Positions 31,461 to 47,100 of a DNA stretch of 64,000 nt are shown one piece after another. The position numbers and the translations under genes were made by a program. Source of the DNA: Eledone cirrhosa (Eukaryota); NCBI GenBank assembly GCA_964016885.1, contig OZ024754.1, positions 20,584,001 to 20,648,000 of the forward strand. Direction: 5' to 3'. Every line of letters starts with the position of its first letter. Position 1 is the first letter of the stretch. Under the pieces are notes generated by a model. The model ran no database searches. It was not told the origin of the DNA and saw only the letters and a program-made list of their open reading frames with translations.

Positions 31461-34450
31461 ATTAACATAGACTCCCTCCCATGTTGTCCTTGGTATTATC
31501 ATAGACTCCCTCACATATTACCCTTGGTATTAACATAGACTCCCTCCCATATTACCCTGGGTATTAACATAGGGACTCCCTCCCATATTACCCTTGGTAT
31601 TAACATAAAGACCGCCCCCCATATTACCCATGGTATAAACATAGACTCCCTCCCATATTACCCTTGGTATTTTCATAGACTCCCTCACATATTACCCTTG
31701 GTATTAACATAGACTCCCTCACATATTACAATTGGTGTTAACATAGACTCCCTCCCATATTACGGTTGGTATTAACATAGGGACTGCCTCCCATATTACC
31801 CTTGGTATTAACATAGGGACTCCCTCCCATATTACCCTTGGTATTAACATAGAGACCGCCCCCCATATAACCCATGGTATAGACATAGACTCCATCCCAT
31901 ATTACCCTTGGTATTAACATAGACTCCATCCCATATTACCCTTGGTATTAACATAGACTCCCTCACATATTACAATTGGTGTTAACATAGACTCCCTCCC
32001 ATATTACGGTTGGTATTAACATAGGGACTCCCTCCCATATTACCCTCGGTATTAACACAGGGACTCCCTCCCATATTACCCTTGGTATTAACAGAGACTC
32101 CCTCCCATGTTAGCATTGGTATTAACATAGACTACCTCCCATATTACCCTGGGTCTTAACATAGACTCCCTCCCATATTAGACTTGGTATTAACATAGAC
32201 TACCTCCCATATTAGCATTGGTATTTACATAGACTCCCTTCCATATTACCCTTGGTATTAACATAGACTACCTCCCATATTACCCTGGGTCTTAACATAG
32301 ACTCCCTCCCATATTACCCTTGGTATTTACATAGACTCCCTCCCATATTACCCTTAGTATTAACATAGACTCCCTCCCATATTACCCTTGGTATTAACAT
32401 AGACTCCCTCCCATATTACCCTTGGTATTATCATAGGGACTCGCTCCCATATTACCCTTGGTATTAACATAGACTCCCTCCCATATTACCCTTGGTATTA
32501 ACATAGACACCCTCCCATATTACCCTTGGTATTATCATAGGTACACCCTCCCATATTACCCTTGGTATTAACATAGACTACCTCCCATATTACCCTGGGT
32601 CTTAACATAGACTCCCTCCCATATTAGACTTGGTATTAACATAGACTCCCTCCCATATTACGCTTGGTATTAACATAGGGCCTCCCCCCATATTACCCTT
32701 GGTATTAATATAGAGACTCCCTCCCATATTACCCTTGGTGTTAACATAGACTCCCTCCCATATTACCCTTGGTATTAACATAGAATCCCTCCCATATTAC
32801 CCTTGGTATTAACATAGGGACTCCCTCCCATATTACCCTTGGTATTAACACAGGGACTCCCTCCCATATTAGCCTTGGTATTAACATAGACTCCCTCCCA
32901 TATTAGCCTTGGTATTTACATAGACTCGCTCCCATATTACCCTTGGTATTAACATAGACTCCCTCCCATATTACCCTTGGTATTAACATAGACTCCCTCC
33001 CATATTACCCTTGGTATTAACATAGAGACCGCCCCCCATATAACCCATGGTATAAACATAGACTCCATCCCATATTACCCTTGGTATTAACATAGACTCC
33101 ATCCCATATTACCCTTGGTATTAACATAGACTCCCTCACATATTACAATTGGTGTTAACATAGACTCCCTCCCATATTACGGTTGGTATTAACATAGGGA
33201 CTCCCTCCCATATTACCCTCGGTATTAACACAGGGACTCCCTCCCATATTACCCTTGGTATTAACAGAGACTCCTTCCCATATTACCCTTGGTATTAACA
33301 TAGGGACTCCCTCCCATATTAGCCTTGGTATTAACATAGACTCCCTCCCATATTACCCTTGGTATTAACATAGACTCCCTCCCATATTACCCTTGGTATT
33401 AACATAGACTCCCTCCCATGTTAGCCTTGGTATTAACAAAGACTCCTTCCCATATTAGCCTTCGCATTAACATAGACTCCCTCCCATATTAGCCTTGGTA
33501 TTAACATAGACTCCCTCCCATATTACCCTTGGTATTAACATAGACTCGCTCCCATATTACCCTTGGTATTAACATAGACTCCCTCCCATGTTGTCCTTGG
33601 TATTATCATAGACTCCCTCACATATTACCCTTGGTATTAACATAGACTCCCTCCCATATTACCCTGGGTATTAACATAGGGACTCCCTCCCATATTACCC
33701 TTGGTATTAACATAAAGACCGCCCCCCATATTACCCATGCTATAAACATAGACTCCCTCCCATATTACCCTTGGTATTTTCATAGACTCCCTCACATATT
33801 ACCCTTGGTATTAACATAGACTCCCTCACATATTACAATTGGTGTTAACATAGACTCCCTCCCATATTACGGTTGGTATTAACATAGGGACTGCCTCCCA
33901 TATTACCCTTGGTATTAACATAGGGACTCCCTCCCATATTACCCTTGGTATTAACATAGAGACCGCCCCCCATATAACCCATGGTATAGACATAGACTCC
34001 ATCCCATATTACCCTTGGTATTAACATAGACTCCATCCATATTACCCTTGGTATTAACATAGACTCCCTCACATATTACAATTGGTGTTAACATAGACTC
34101 CCTCCCATATTACGGTTGGTATTAACATAGGGACTCCCTCCCATATTACCCTCGGTATTAACACAGGGACTCCCTCCCATATTACCCTTGGTATTAACAG
34201 AGACTCCCTCCCATGTTAGCCTTGGTATTAACATAGACTACCTCCCATATTACCCTGGGTCTTAACATAGACTCCCTCCCATATTAGACTTGGTATTAAC
34301 ATAGACTACCTCCCATATTAGCATTGGTATTTACATAGACTCCCTTCCATATTACCCTTGGTATTAACATAGACTACCTCCCATATTACCCTGGGTCTTA
34401 ACATAGACTCCCTCCCATATTACCCTTGGTATTTACATAGACTCCCTCCC
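30330..34450. repeat. Higher-order tandem duplication, 2107-bp unit, 2 copies, overlapping the third 1485-bp unit
   Basis: ORF signature offsets 31048/33155 and 31738/33845 are both 2107. ATGTTGTCCTTGG (about 31481 and 33588) and CATAAAGACCGCC (about 31604 and 33711) are shared. Confidence 0.88.
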
Positions 34451-37400
34451 ATATTACCCTTGGTATTAACATAGGGACTCCCTCCCATATTAGCCTTGGT
34501 ATTAACATAGACACCCTCCCATATTACCCTTGGTATTAACATAGACTCCCTCCCATATTACCCTTGGTATTAACATAGACTCCCTCCCATGTTAGCCTTG
34601 GTATTAACATAGACTCCCTCCCATATTAGCCTTGGTATTAACATAGACTCCCTCCCATATTACCCTTGGTATTATCATAGGGACTCCCTCCCATATTACC
34701 CTTGGTATTAACATAGACTCCCTCCCATATTACTCTTGGTATTAACATAGACACCCTCCCATATTACCCTTGGTATTATCATAGGGACTCCCTCCCATAT
34801 TACCTTTGGTATTAACATAGACTCCCTCCCATATTACCCTTGGTATTAACATAGACTCCCTCCCATATTACCCTTGGTATTATCATAGGGACTCGCTCCC
34901 ATATTACCCTTGGTATTAACATAGACTCCCTCCCATATTACCCTTAGTATCAACATAGACACCCTCCCATATTACCCTTGGTATTATCATAGGTACACCC
35001 TCCCATATTACCCTTGGTATTAACATAGACTACCTCCCATATTACCCTGGATCTTAACATAGACCCCCTCCCATATTACCCTTGGTATTAACATAGACTC
35101 CCTCCCATATTACCCTTGGTATTAACATAGGGACTCCCTACCATATTACCCTTGGTATTAACATAGAGACTCCCCCCATATTACCCTTGGTATTAATATA
35201 GAGACTCCCTCCCATATTACCCTTGGTGTTAACATAGACTCCCTCCCATATTACCCTTGGTATTAACATAGACTCCCTCCCATATTACCCTTGGAATTAA
35301 CATAGGGACTCCCTCCCATATTACCCTTGGTATTATCACAGGGACTCCCTCCCATATTAGCCTTGGTATTAACATAGACTCCCTCCCATATTAGCCTTGG
35401 TATTTACATAGACTCGCTCCCATATTACCCTTGGTATTAACATAGACTCACTCCCATATTTCCCTTGGTATTAACATAAACACCCTCCCATATTAGCCTT
35501 GGTATTAACATAGAGACACCCCCATATTACACTTGGTATTAATATAGACTCCCACCCATATTACTCTTGGTATTAACATAGACCCCCTCCCATATTATCC
35601 ATGGTATTAGCATAGACTCCCTCCCATATTACCCTTGGTATTAACATAGACTCCCTCCCATATTACCCTTGGTACTAACATAGGGACTCCCTCCCATATT
35701 AGCCTTGGTATTAACATAGACTCCCTCCCATATTACCCTTGGTATCAACATAGACTCCCTCCCATATTACCCTTGGTATTAACATAGACTCCCTCCCATG
35801 TTAGCCTTGGTATTAACATAGACTCCTTCCCATATTAGCCTTCGTATTGACATAGACTCCCTCCCATATTAGCCTTGGTATAAACATAGACTCCCTCCCA
35901 TATTACCCTTGGTATTAACATAGACTCGCTCCCATATTACCCTTGGTATTATCATAGACTCCCTCACATATTAACCTTGGTATTAACATAGATTCCCTCC
36001 CATATTACCCTTGGTATTAACATAGGGTCTCCCTCCCATATTACTCTTGGTATTAACATAGAGACCGCCCCCCATATTACCCATGGTATAAACATAGACT
36101 CCGTCCCATATTACCCTTGGTATTAACATAGACTCCATCCCATATTACCCTTGGTATTAACATAGACTCCCTCACATATTACATTTGGTGTTAACATAGA
36201 CTCCCTCCCATATTACGGTTGGTATTAACATAGGGACTCCCTCCCATATTAGCCTTGGTATTAACATAGGGACTCCCTCCCATATTAGCCTTGGTATTAA
36301 CATAGACTCCCTCCCATATTAGCCTTGGTATTTAGCATAGACTCCCTCCCATATTGCCCTTGGTATTAACATAGACTGCCTCCCATATTACCCTTGTTAT
36401 TAACATAGGGATTCCCTCCCATATTACCCTTGGTATTAACATAGAGACTACCCCCATATTACCCTTGGTATTAATGTAGAGACTCCCTCCCATATTAACC
36501 TTGGTGTTAACATAGACACCCTCCCATATTACCCTTGGTATTAACATAGGGACTGCCTCCCATATTAGCCTTGGTATTAACATAGGGACTCCCTCCCATA
36601 TTAGCCTTTGTATTTACATAGACTCCCTCCATTATTACCCTTGGTATTAACATAGACTCCCTGCCATATTACACTTTGTATTAACATAGACTCACCCCCC
36701 ATATTACCCTTGGTATTAATATAGACTCCCTCCCATATTAGCCTTGGTATTAACATAGACTCCCTCCCATATTACCCTTGGTATTAACATAGACTCCCTC
36801 CCATATTACCCTTGGTATTAACATAGACTCCCTCCCATATTACACTTGGTATTAACATAGGGACTCCCTCCCATATTACCCTTGGTATTAACATAAGGAC
36901 TCTCTCCCATATTACCTTTGGTATTAACATAGACTCTCTCCCAAATTACCCTTGGTATTATCATAGGGACTCCCTCCCATTTTACCCTTGGTATTAACAT
37001 AGACCCCCTTCCATATTACCCTTGGTATTAACATAGACACCCTCCCATATTACCCTTGGTATTATCATAGGTACACCCTCCCATATTACCCTTGGTATTA
37101 ACATAGACTCCCTCCCATATTACCCTTGGAATTATCATAGGGACTTCCTCCCATATTACCCTTGGTATTAACATAGACTACCTCCCATATTAGACTTGGT
37201 ATTAACATAGACTCCCTCCCATATTACCCTTGGTATTAACATAGGGACTCCCTCCCATATTACCCTTGGTATTAACATAGAGACTCCCCCCCATATTACC
37301 CTTGGTATTAATATAGAGACTCCCTCCCATATTAACCTTCTTGTTAACATAGACTCCCTCCCATATTACCCTTGGTATTAACATAGGGACTCCCTCCCAT

Positions 37401-40400
37401 ATTAGCCTTGGTATTAACATAGACTCCCTCCCATATTAGCATTGGTAATTACATAGACTACCTCCCATATTACCCTTGGTATTAACATAGACTCCCTCCC
37501 ATGTTAGCCTTGGTATTAACATAGACTATCTCCCATATTAGACTTGGTATTAACATAGAGACTCCCCCCCATATTACCCTTGGTATTAATATAGAGACTC
37601 CCTCCCATATTAACCTTGGTGTTAACATAGACTCCCTCCCATATTACCCTTGGTATTAACATAGGGACTCCCTCCCATATTAGCCTTGGTATTAACATAG
37701 ACTCCCTCCCATATTAGCATTGGTAGTTACATAGACTCCCTCCCATATTACCCTTGGTATTAACATAGACTACCTCCCATATTACCCTGGGTCTTAACAT
37801 AGACTCCCTCCCATATTAGACTTGGTATTAACATAGACTCCCTCCCATATTAGCATTGGTATTTACATAGACTCCCTCCCATATTACCCTTGGTATTAAC
37901 ATAGACTCCTTCCCATATTACCCTTGGTATTAACATAGACTCCCTCCCATATTACCCTTGGTATTAACATAGGGACTCCCTCCCATATTAGCCTTGGTAT
38001 TAACATAGACACCCTCCCATATTACCCTTGGTATTAACATAGACTCCCTCCCATATTACCCTTGGTATTAACATAGGGACTCCCTCCCATATTAGCCTTG
38101 GTATTAACATAGACAGCCGCCCATATTACCCTTGGTATTAACATAGACTCCCTCCCATATTACCCTTGGTATTAACATAGACTCCCTCCCATGTTAGCCT
38201 TGGTATTAACATAGACTCTTTCCCATATTAGCCTTGGTATTAACATAGACTCCCTCCCATATTAGCCTTGGTATTAACATAGACTCCCTCCCATATTACC
38301 TTTGGTATTAACATAGACTCCCTCCCATATTACCCTTGGTATTAACATAGACTCCCTCCCATATTACCATTGGTATTATCATAGGGACTCGCTCCCATAT
38401 TACCCTTGGTATTAACATAGACTCCCTCCCATATTACCCTTGGTATTAACATAGACACCCTCCCATATACCCTTGGTATTATCATAGGTACACCCTCCCA
38501 TATTACCCTTGGTATTAACATAGACTACCTCCCATATTACCCTGGGTCTTAACATAGACTCCCTCCCATATTAGACTTGGTATTAACATAGACTCCTTCC
38601 CATATTACCCTTGGTATTAACATAGACTCCCTCCCATATTACCCTAGGTATTAACATAGACTCCTCCCATATTACCCTTGGTATTAACAGACTTTCTCCC
38701 ATATCAGCCTTGGTATTAACATAGAGACTCCGACCCCCATATTACACTTGGTATTAACATAGACTCGCTCCCATATTACCCTTGGTATTAACATAGACTC
38801 CCTCCCATATTGTCCTTGGTATTATCATAGACTCCCTCACATATTACCCTTGGTATTAACATAGACTCCCTCCCATATTACCCTGGGTATTAACATAGGG
38901 ACTCCCTCCCATATTACCCTTGGTATTAACATAGAGACCGCCCCCCATATTACCCATGGTATAAACATAGACTCCCTCCCATATTACCCTTGGTATTTTC
39001 ATAGACTCCCTCACATATTACCCTTGGTATTAACATAGACTCCCTCACATATTACAATTGGTGTTAACATAGACTCCCTCCCATATTATGGTTGGTATTA
39101 ACATAGGGACTGCCTCCCATATTACCCTTGGTATTAACATAGGGACTCCCTCCCATATTACCCTTGGTATTAACATAGAGACCGCCCCCCATATAACCCA
39201 TGGTATAAACATAGACTCCATCCCATATTACCCTTGGTATTAACATAGACTCTATCCCATATTACCCTTGGTATTAACATAGACTCCCTCACATATTACA
39301 ATTGGTGTTAACATAGACTCCCTCCCATATTACGGTTGGTATTAACATAGGGACTCCCTCCCATATTACTCTCGGTATTAACACAGGGACTCCCTCCCAT
39401 ATTACCCTTGGTATTAACAGAGACTCCCTCCCATGTTAGCCTTGGTATTAACATAGACTACCTCCCATATTACCCTGGGTCTTAACATAGACTCCCTCCC
39501 ATATTAGACTTGGTATCAACATAGACTACCTCCCATATTAGCATTGGTATTTACATAGACTCCCTCCCATATTACCCTTGGTATTAACATAGACTACCTC
39601 CCATATTACCCTGGGTCTTAACATAGACTCCCTCCCATATTACCCTTGGTATTTACATAGACTCCCTCCCATATTACCCTTAGTATTAACATAGACTCCC
39701 TCCCATATTACCCTTGGTATTAATAATAGGGACTCCCTCCCATATTAGCCTTGGTATTAACATAGACACCCTCCCATATTACCCTTGGTATTAACATAGA
39801 CTCCCTCCCATATTACCCTTGGTATTAACATAGACTCCCTCCCATATTACCCTTGGTATTATCATAGGGACTCCCTCCCATATTACCCTTGGTATTAACA
39901 TAGACTCCCTCCCATATAACTCTTGGTATTAACATAGACACCCTCCCATATTACCCTTGGTATTATCATAGGGACTCGCTCCCATATTACCCTTGGTATT
40001 AACATAGACTCCCTCCCATATTACCCTTAGTATTAACATAGACACCCTCCCATATTACCCTTGGTATTATCATAGGTACACCCTCCCATATTACCCTTGG
40101 TATTAACATAGACTACCTCCCATATTACCCTGGATCTTAACATAGACTCCCTACCATATTACCCTTGGTATTAACATAGACTCCCTCCCATATTACCCTT
40201 GGTATTAACATAGGGACTCCCTACCATATTACCCTTGGTATTAACATAGAGACTCCCCCCATATTACCCTTGGTATTAATATAGAGACTCCCTCCCATAT
40301 TACCCTTGGTGTTAACATAGACTCCCTCCCATATTACCCTTGGTATTAACAGAGACTCCCTCCCATATTACCCTTGGAATTAACATAGGGACTCCCTCCC

Positions 40401-43400
40401 ATATTACCCTTGGTATTATCACAGGGACTCCCTCCCATATTAGCCTTGGTATTAACGTAGACTCCCTCCCATATTAGCCTTGGTATTTACATAGACTCGC
40501 TCCCATATTACCCTTGGTATTAACATAGACTCACTCCCATATTTCCCTTGGTATTAACATAGACACCCTCCCATATTAGCCTTGGTATTAACATAGAGAC
40601 ACCCCCATATTACCCTTGGTATTAATATAGACTCCCTCCCATATTACTCTTGGTATTAACATAGACCCCCTCCCATATTACCCATGGTATTAGCATAGAC
40701 TCCCTCCCATATTACCCTTGGTATTAACATAGACTCCCTCCCATATTACCCTTGGTATTAACATAGGGACTCCCTCCCATATTAGCCTTGGTATTAACAT
40801 AGACTCCCTCCCATATTACCCTTGGTATTAACATAGACTCCCTCCCATATTACCCATGGTATTAACATAGACTCCCTCCCATGTTAGCCTTGGTATTAAC
40901 ATAGACTCCTTCCCATATTAGCCTTCGTATTGACATAGACTCCCTCCCATATTAGCCATGGTATAAACATAGACTCCCTCCCATATTACCCTTGGCATTA
41001 ACATAGACTCGCTCCCATATTACCCTTGGTATTAACATAGACTCCCTCCCATATTGCCCTTGGTATTATCATAGACTCCCTCAGATATTAACCTTGGTAT
41101 TAACATAGATTCCCTCCCATATTACCCTAGGTATTAACATAGGGACTCCCTCCCATATTACTCTTGGTATTAACATAGAGACCGCCCCCTATATTACCCA
41201 TGGTATAAACATAGACTCCGTCCCATATTACCCTTGGTATTAACATAGACTCCATCCCATATTACCCTTGGTATTAACATAGACTCCCTCACATATTACA
41301 TTTGGTGTTAACATAGACTCCCTCCCATATTACGGTTGGTATTAACATAGGGACTCCCTCCCATATTAGCCTTGGTATTATCATAGGTACACCCTCCCAC
41401 ATTACCCTTGGTATTAACATAGACTCCCTCCCATATTACCCTTGGAATTATCATAGGGACTCCCTCCCATATTACCCTTGGTATTAACATAGACTACCTC
41501 CCATATTAGACTTGGTATTAACATAGACTCCCTCCCATATTACCCTTGGTATTAACATAGGGACTCCCTCCCATATTACCCTTGGTATTAACATAGAGAC
41601 TCCCCCCCATATTACCCTTGGTATTAATATAGAGACTCCCTCCCATATTAACCTTGTTGTTAACATAGACTCCCTCCCATATTACCCTTGGTATTAACAT
41701 AGGGACTCCCTCCCATATTAGCCTTGGTATTAACATAGACTCCCTCCCATATTAGCATTGGTAATTACATAGACTACCTCCCATATTACCCTTGGTATTA
41801 ACATAGACTCCCTCCCATGTTAGCCTTGGTATTAACATAGACTACCTCCCATATTAGACTTGGTATTAACATAGAGACTCCCCCCCATATTACCCTTGGT
41901 ATTAATATAGAGACTCCCTCCCATATTAACCTTGGTGTTAACATAGACTCCCTCCCATATTACCCTTGGTATTAACATAGGGACTCCCTCCCATATTAGC
42001 CTTGGTATTAACATAGACTCCCTCCCATATTAGCATTGGTAGTTACATAGACTCCCTCCCATATTACCCTTGGTATTAACATAGACTACCTCCCATATTA
42101 CCCTGGGTCTTAACATAGACTCCCTCCCATATTAGACTTGGTATTAACATAGACTCCCTCCCATATTAGCATTGGTATTTACATAGACTCCCTCCCATAT
42201 ACCCTTGGTATTAACATAGACTCCTTCCCATATTACCCTTGGTATTAACATAGACTCCCTCCCATATTACCCTTGGTATTAACATAGGGACTCCCTCCCA
42301 TATTAGCCTTGGTATTAACATAGACACCCTCCCATATTACCCTTGGTATTAACATAGACTCCCTCCCATATTACCCTTGGTATTAACATAGGGACTCCCT
42401 CCCATATTAGCCTTGGTATTAACATAGACAGCCGCCCATATTACCCTTGGTATTAACATAGACTCCCTCCCATATTACCCTTGGTATTAACATAGACTCC
42501 CTCCCATGTTAGCCTTGGTATTAACATAGACTCTTTCCCATATTAGCCTTGGTATTAACATAGACTCCCTCCCATATTAGCCTTGGTATTAACATAGACT
42601 CCCTCCCATATTACCTTTGGTATTAACATAGACTCCCTCCCATATTACCCTTGGTATTAACATAGACTCCCTCCCATATTACCATTGGTATTATCATAGG
42701 GACTCGCTCCCATATTACCCTTGGTATTAACATAGACTCCCTCCCATATTAGCCTTGGTATTTAGCATAGACTCCCTCCCATATTACGGTTGGTATTAAC
42801 ATAGGGACTCCCTCCCATATTAGCCTTGGTATTAACATAGGGACTCCCTCCCATATTAGCCTTGGTATTAACATAGACTCCCTCCCATATTAGCCTTGGT
42901 ATTTAGCATAGACTCCCTCCCATATTGCCCTTGGTATTAACATAGACTGCCTCCCATATTACCCTTGTTATTAATATAGGGATTCCCTCCCATATTACCC
43001 TTGGTATTAACATAGAGACTACCCCCATATTACCCTTGGTATTAATGTAGAGACTCCCTCCCATATTAACCTTGGTGTTAACATAGACACCCTCCCATAT
43101 TACCCTTGGTATTAACATAGGGACTGCCTCCCATATTAGCCTTGGTATTAACATAGGGACTCCCTCCCATATTAGCCTTTGTATTTACATAGACTCCCTC
43201 CATTATTACCCTTGGTATTAACATAGACTCCCTGCCATATTACACTTTGTATTAACATAGACTCACCCCCCATATTACCCTTGGTATTAATATAGACTCC
43301 CTCCCATATTAGCCTTGGTATTAACATAGACTCCCTCCCATATTACCCTTGGTATTAACATAGACTCCCTCCCATATTACACTTGGTATTAACATAGGGA

Positions 43401-43900
43401 CTCCCTCCCATATTACACTTGGTATTAACATAGGGACTCCCTCCCATATTACCCTTGGTATTAACATAAGGACTCTCTCCCATATTACCTTTGGTATTAA
43501 CATAGACTCCCTCCCATATTACCCTTGGTATTATCATAGGGACTCCCTCCCATTTTACCCTTGGTATTAACATAGACCCCCTTCCATATTACCCTTGGTA
43601 TTAACATAGACAACCTCCCATATTACCCTTGGTATTATCATAGGTACACCCTCCCATATTACCCTTGGTATTAACATAGACTCCCTCCCATATTACCCTT
43701 GGAATTATCATAGGGACTCCCTCCCATATTACCCTTGGTATTAACATAGACTACCTCCCATATTAGACTTGGTATTAACATAGACTCCCTCCCATATTAC
43801 CCTTGGTATTAACATAGGGACTCCCTCCCATATTAGCCTTGGTATTAACATAGACTCCCTCCCATATTAGCATTGGTAATTACATAGACTACCTCCCATA
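33600..43900. repeat. Mosaic of non-adjacent duplicated blocks (offsets about 4316, 5219 and 6571 bp)
   Basis: ORF signature pairs: 37168/41484, 37202/41518 and 37516/41832 (4316); 33845/39064 (5219); 36332/42903 (6571). Shared private variants include CCCTGGATCTTAAC (about 35045 and 40128) and GGTATTTAGCATAG (about 36327, 42757, 42898). Confidence 0.75.
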
Positions 43901-44129
43901 TTACCCAGGGTCTTAACATAGACTCCCTCCCATATTAGACTTGGTATTAACATAGAGACTCCCCCCCATATTACCCTTGGTATTAATATAGAGACTCCCT
44001 CCCATATTAACCTTGGTGTTAACATAGACTCCCTCCCATATTACCCTTGGTATTAACATAGGGACTCCCTCCCATATTAGCCTTGGTATTAACATAGACT
44101 CCCTCCCATATTAGCATTGGTATTTACAT

Positions 44130-47100
44130 AGACTCCCTCCCATATTACCCTTGGTATTAACATAGACTACCTCCCATATTACCCTGGGTCTTAACATAGA
44201 CTCCCCCCATATTACCCTTGGTATTAATATAGAGACTCCCTCCCATATTAACCTTGGTGTTAACATAGACTCCCTCCCATATTACCCTTGGTATTAACAT
44301 AGGGACTCCCTCCCATATTAGCCTTGGTATTAACATAGACACCCTCCCATATTACCCTTGGTATTAACATAGACTCCCTCCCATATTACCCTTGGTATTA
44401 ACATAGGGACTCCCTCCCATATTAGCCTTGGTATTAACATAGACAGCCGCCCATATTACCCTTGGTATTAACATAGACTCCCTCCCATATTACCCTTGGT
44501 ATTAACATAGACTCCCTCCCATGTTAGCCTTGGTATTAACATAGACTCTTTCCCATATTAGCCTTGGTATTAACATAGACTCCCTCCCATATTAGCCTTG
44601 GTATTAACATAGACTACCTCCCATATTACCTTTGGTATTAACATAGACTCCCTCCCATATTACCCTTGGTATTAACATAGACTCCCTCCCATATTACCCT
44701 TGGTATTATCATAGGGACTCGCTCCCATATTACCCTTGGTATTAACATAGACTCCCTCCCATATTACCCTTGGTATTAACATAGACACCCTCCCATATTC
44801 CCCTTGGTATTATCATAGGTACACCCTCCCATATTACCCTTGGTATTAACATAGACTACCTCCCATATTACCCTGGGTCTTAACATAGACTCCCTCCCAT
44901 ATTAGACTTGGTTTTAACATAGACTCCCTCCCATATTACCCTTGGTATTAACATAGGGACTCCCCCCATATTACCCTTGGTATTAATATAGAGACTCCCT
45001 CCCATATTACCCTTGGTATTAACACAGGGACTCCCTCCCATATTAGCCTTGGTATTAACATAGACTCCCTCCCATATTAGCCTTGGTATTTACATAGACT
45101 TGCTCCCATATTACCCTTGGTATTAACATAGACTCACCCCCATATTACCCTTGGTATTAACATAGGGACTCCCTGCCATATTACCCTTGGTATTAACATA
45201 GAGACCGCCCCCCATATTACCCATGGTATAAACATAGACTCCCTCCCATATTACCCTTGGTATTAACATAGACTCCATCCCATATTACCCTTGGTATTAA
45301 CATAGACTCCCTCACATATTACAATTGGTGTTAACATAGACTCCCTCCCATATTACGGTTGGTATTAACATAGGGACTCCCTCCCATATTACCCTTGGTA
45401 TTAACACAGGGACTCCCTCCCATATTACCCTTGGTATTAACATAGACTCCCTCCCATATTACCCATGGTATTAACATAGACTCCCTCCCATATTACCCTT
45501 GGTATTAACATAGACTCCCTCCCATATTACCCTTGGTATTAACATAGACTACCTCCCATATTACCCTGGGTCTTAACATAGACTCCCTCCCATATTAGAC
45601 TTGGTATTAACATAGGGACTCCCTCCCATATTACCCTTGGTATTAACATAGAGACTCCCCCCATATTACCCTTGGTATTAATATAGAGACTCCCTCCCAT
45701 ATTACCCTTGGTGTTAACATAGACTCCCTCCCATATTACCCTTGGTATTAACATAGACTCCCTCCCATATTACCCTTGGTATTAACATAGGGACTCCCTC
45801 CCATATTACCCTTGGTATTAACATAGGGACTCCCTCCCATATTAGCCTTGGTATTTACATAGACTCCCTCCCATATTACCCTTGGTATTAACATAGACAC
45901 ACTCCCATATTACCCTTGGTATTAACATAGACTCCCTCCCATATTAGCCTTGGTATTAACATAGGTACACCCTCCCATATTACCCTTGGTATTAACATAG
46001 ACTCCCTCCCATATTACCCTTGGTATTATCATAGGGACTCCCTCCCATATTACCCTTGGTATTAACATAGACTCCCTCCCATATTAGACTTGGTATTAAC
46101 ATAGACTCCCTCCCATATTACCCTTGGTATTAACATAGTGACTCTCTCCCATATCACCCTTGGTATTAACATAGAGACTCCCCCCATATTACCCTTGGTA
46201 TTAATATAGAGACTCCCTCCCATATTAACCTTGGTGTTAACATAGACTCCCTCCCATATCACCCTTGGTATTAACATAGGGACTCCCTCCCATATTTGCC
46301 TTGGTATTAACATAGACTCCCTCCCATATTAACATTGGTAATTACATAGACTACCTCCCATATTACCCTTGGTATTAACAGAGACTCCCTCCCATGTTAG
46401 CCTTGGTATTAACATAGACTACCTCCCATATTACCCTGGGTCTTAACATAGACTCCCTCCCATATTAGACTTGGTATTAACATAGACTCCCTCCCATATT
46501 AGCATTGGTATTTACATAGACTCCCTCCCGTATTACCCTTAGTATTAACATAGACTCCCTCCCATATTACCCTTGGTATTAACATAGACTACCTCCCATA
46601 TTACCCTGGGTCTTAACATAGACTCCCCCCATATTACCCTTGGTATTAATATAGAGACTCCCTCCCATATTAACCTTGGTGTTAACATAGACTCCCTCCC
46701 ATATTACCCTTGGTATTAACATAGGGACTCCCTCCCATATTAGCCTTGGTATTAACATAGACACCCTCCCATATTACCCTTGGTATTAACATAGACTCCC
46801 TCCCATATTACCCTTGGTATTAACATAGGGACTCCCTCCCATATTAGCCTTGGTATTAACATAGACAGCCGCCCATATTACCCTTGGTATTAACATAGAC
46901 TCCCTCCCATATTACCCTTGGTATTAACATAGACTCCCTCCCATGTTAGCCTTGGTATTAACATAGACTCTTTCCCATATTAGCCTTGGTATTAACATAG
47001 ACTCCCTCCCATATTAGCCTTGGTATTAACATAGACTACCTCCCATATTACCTTTGGTATTAACATAGACTCCCTCCCATATTACCCTTGGTATTAACAT

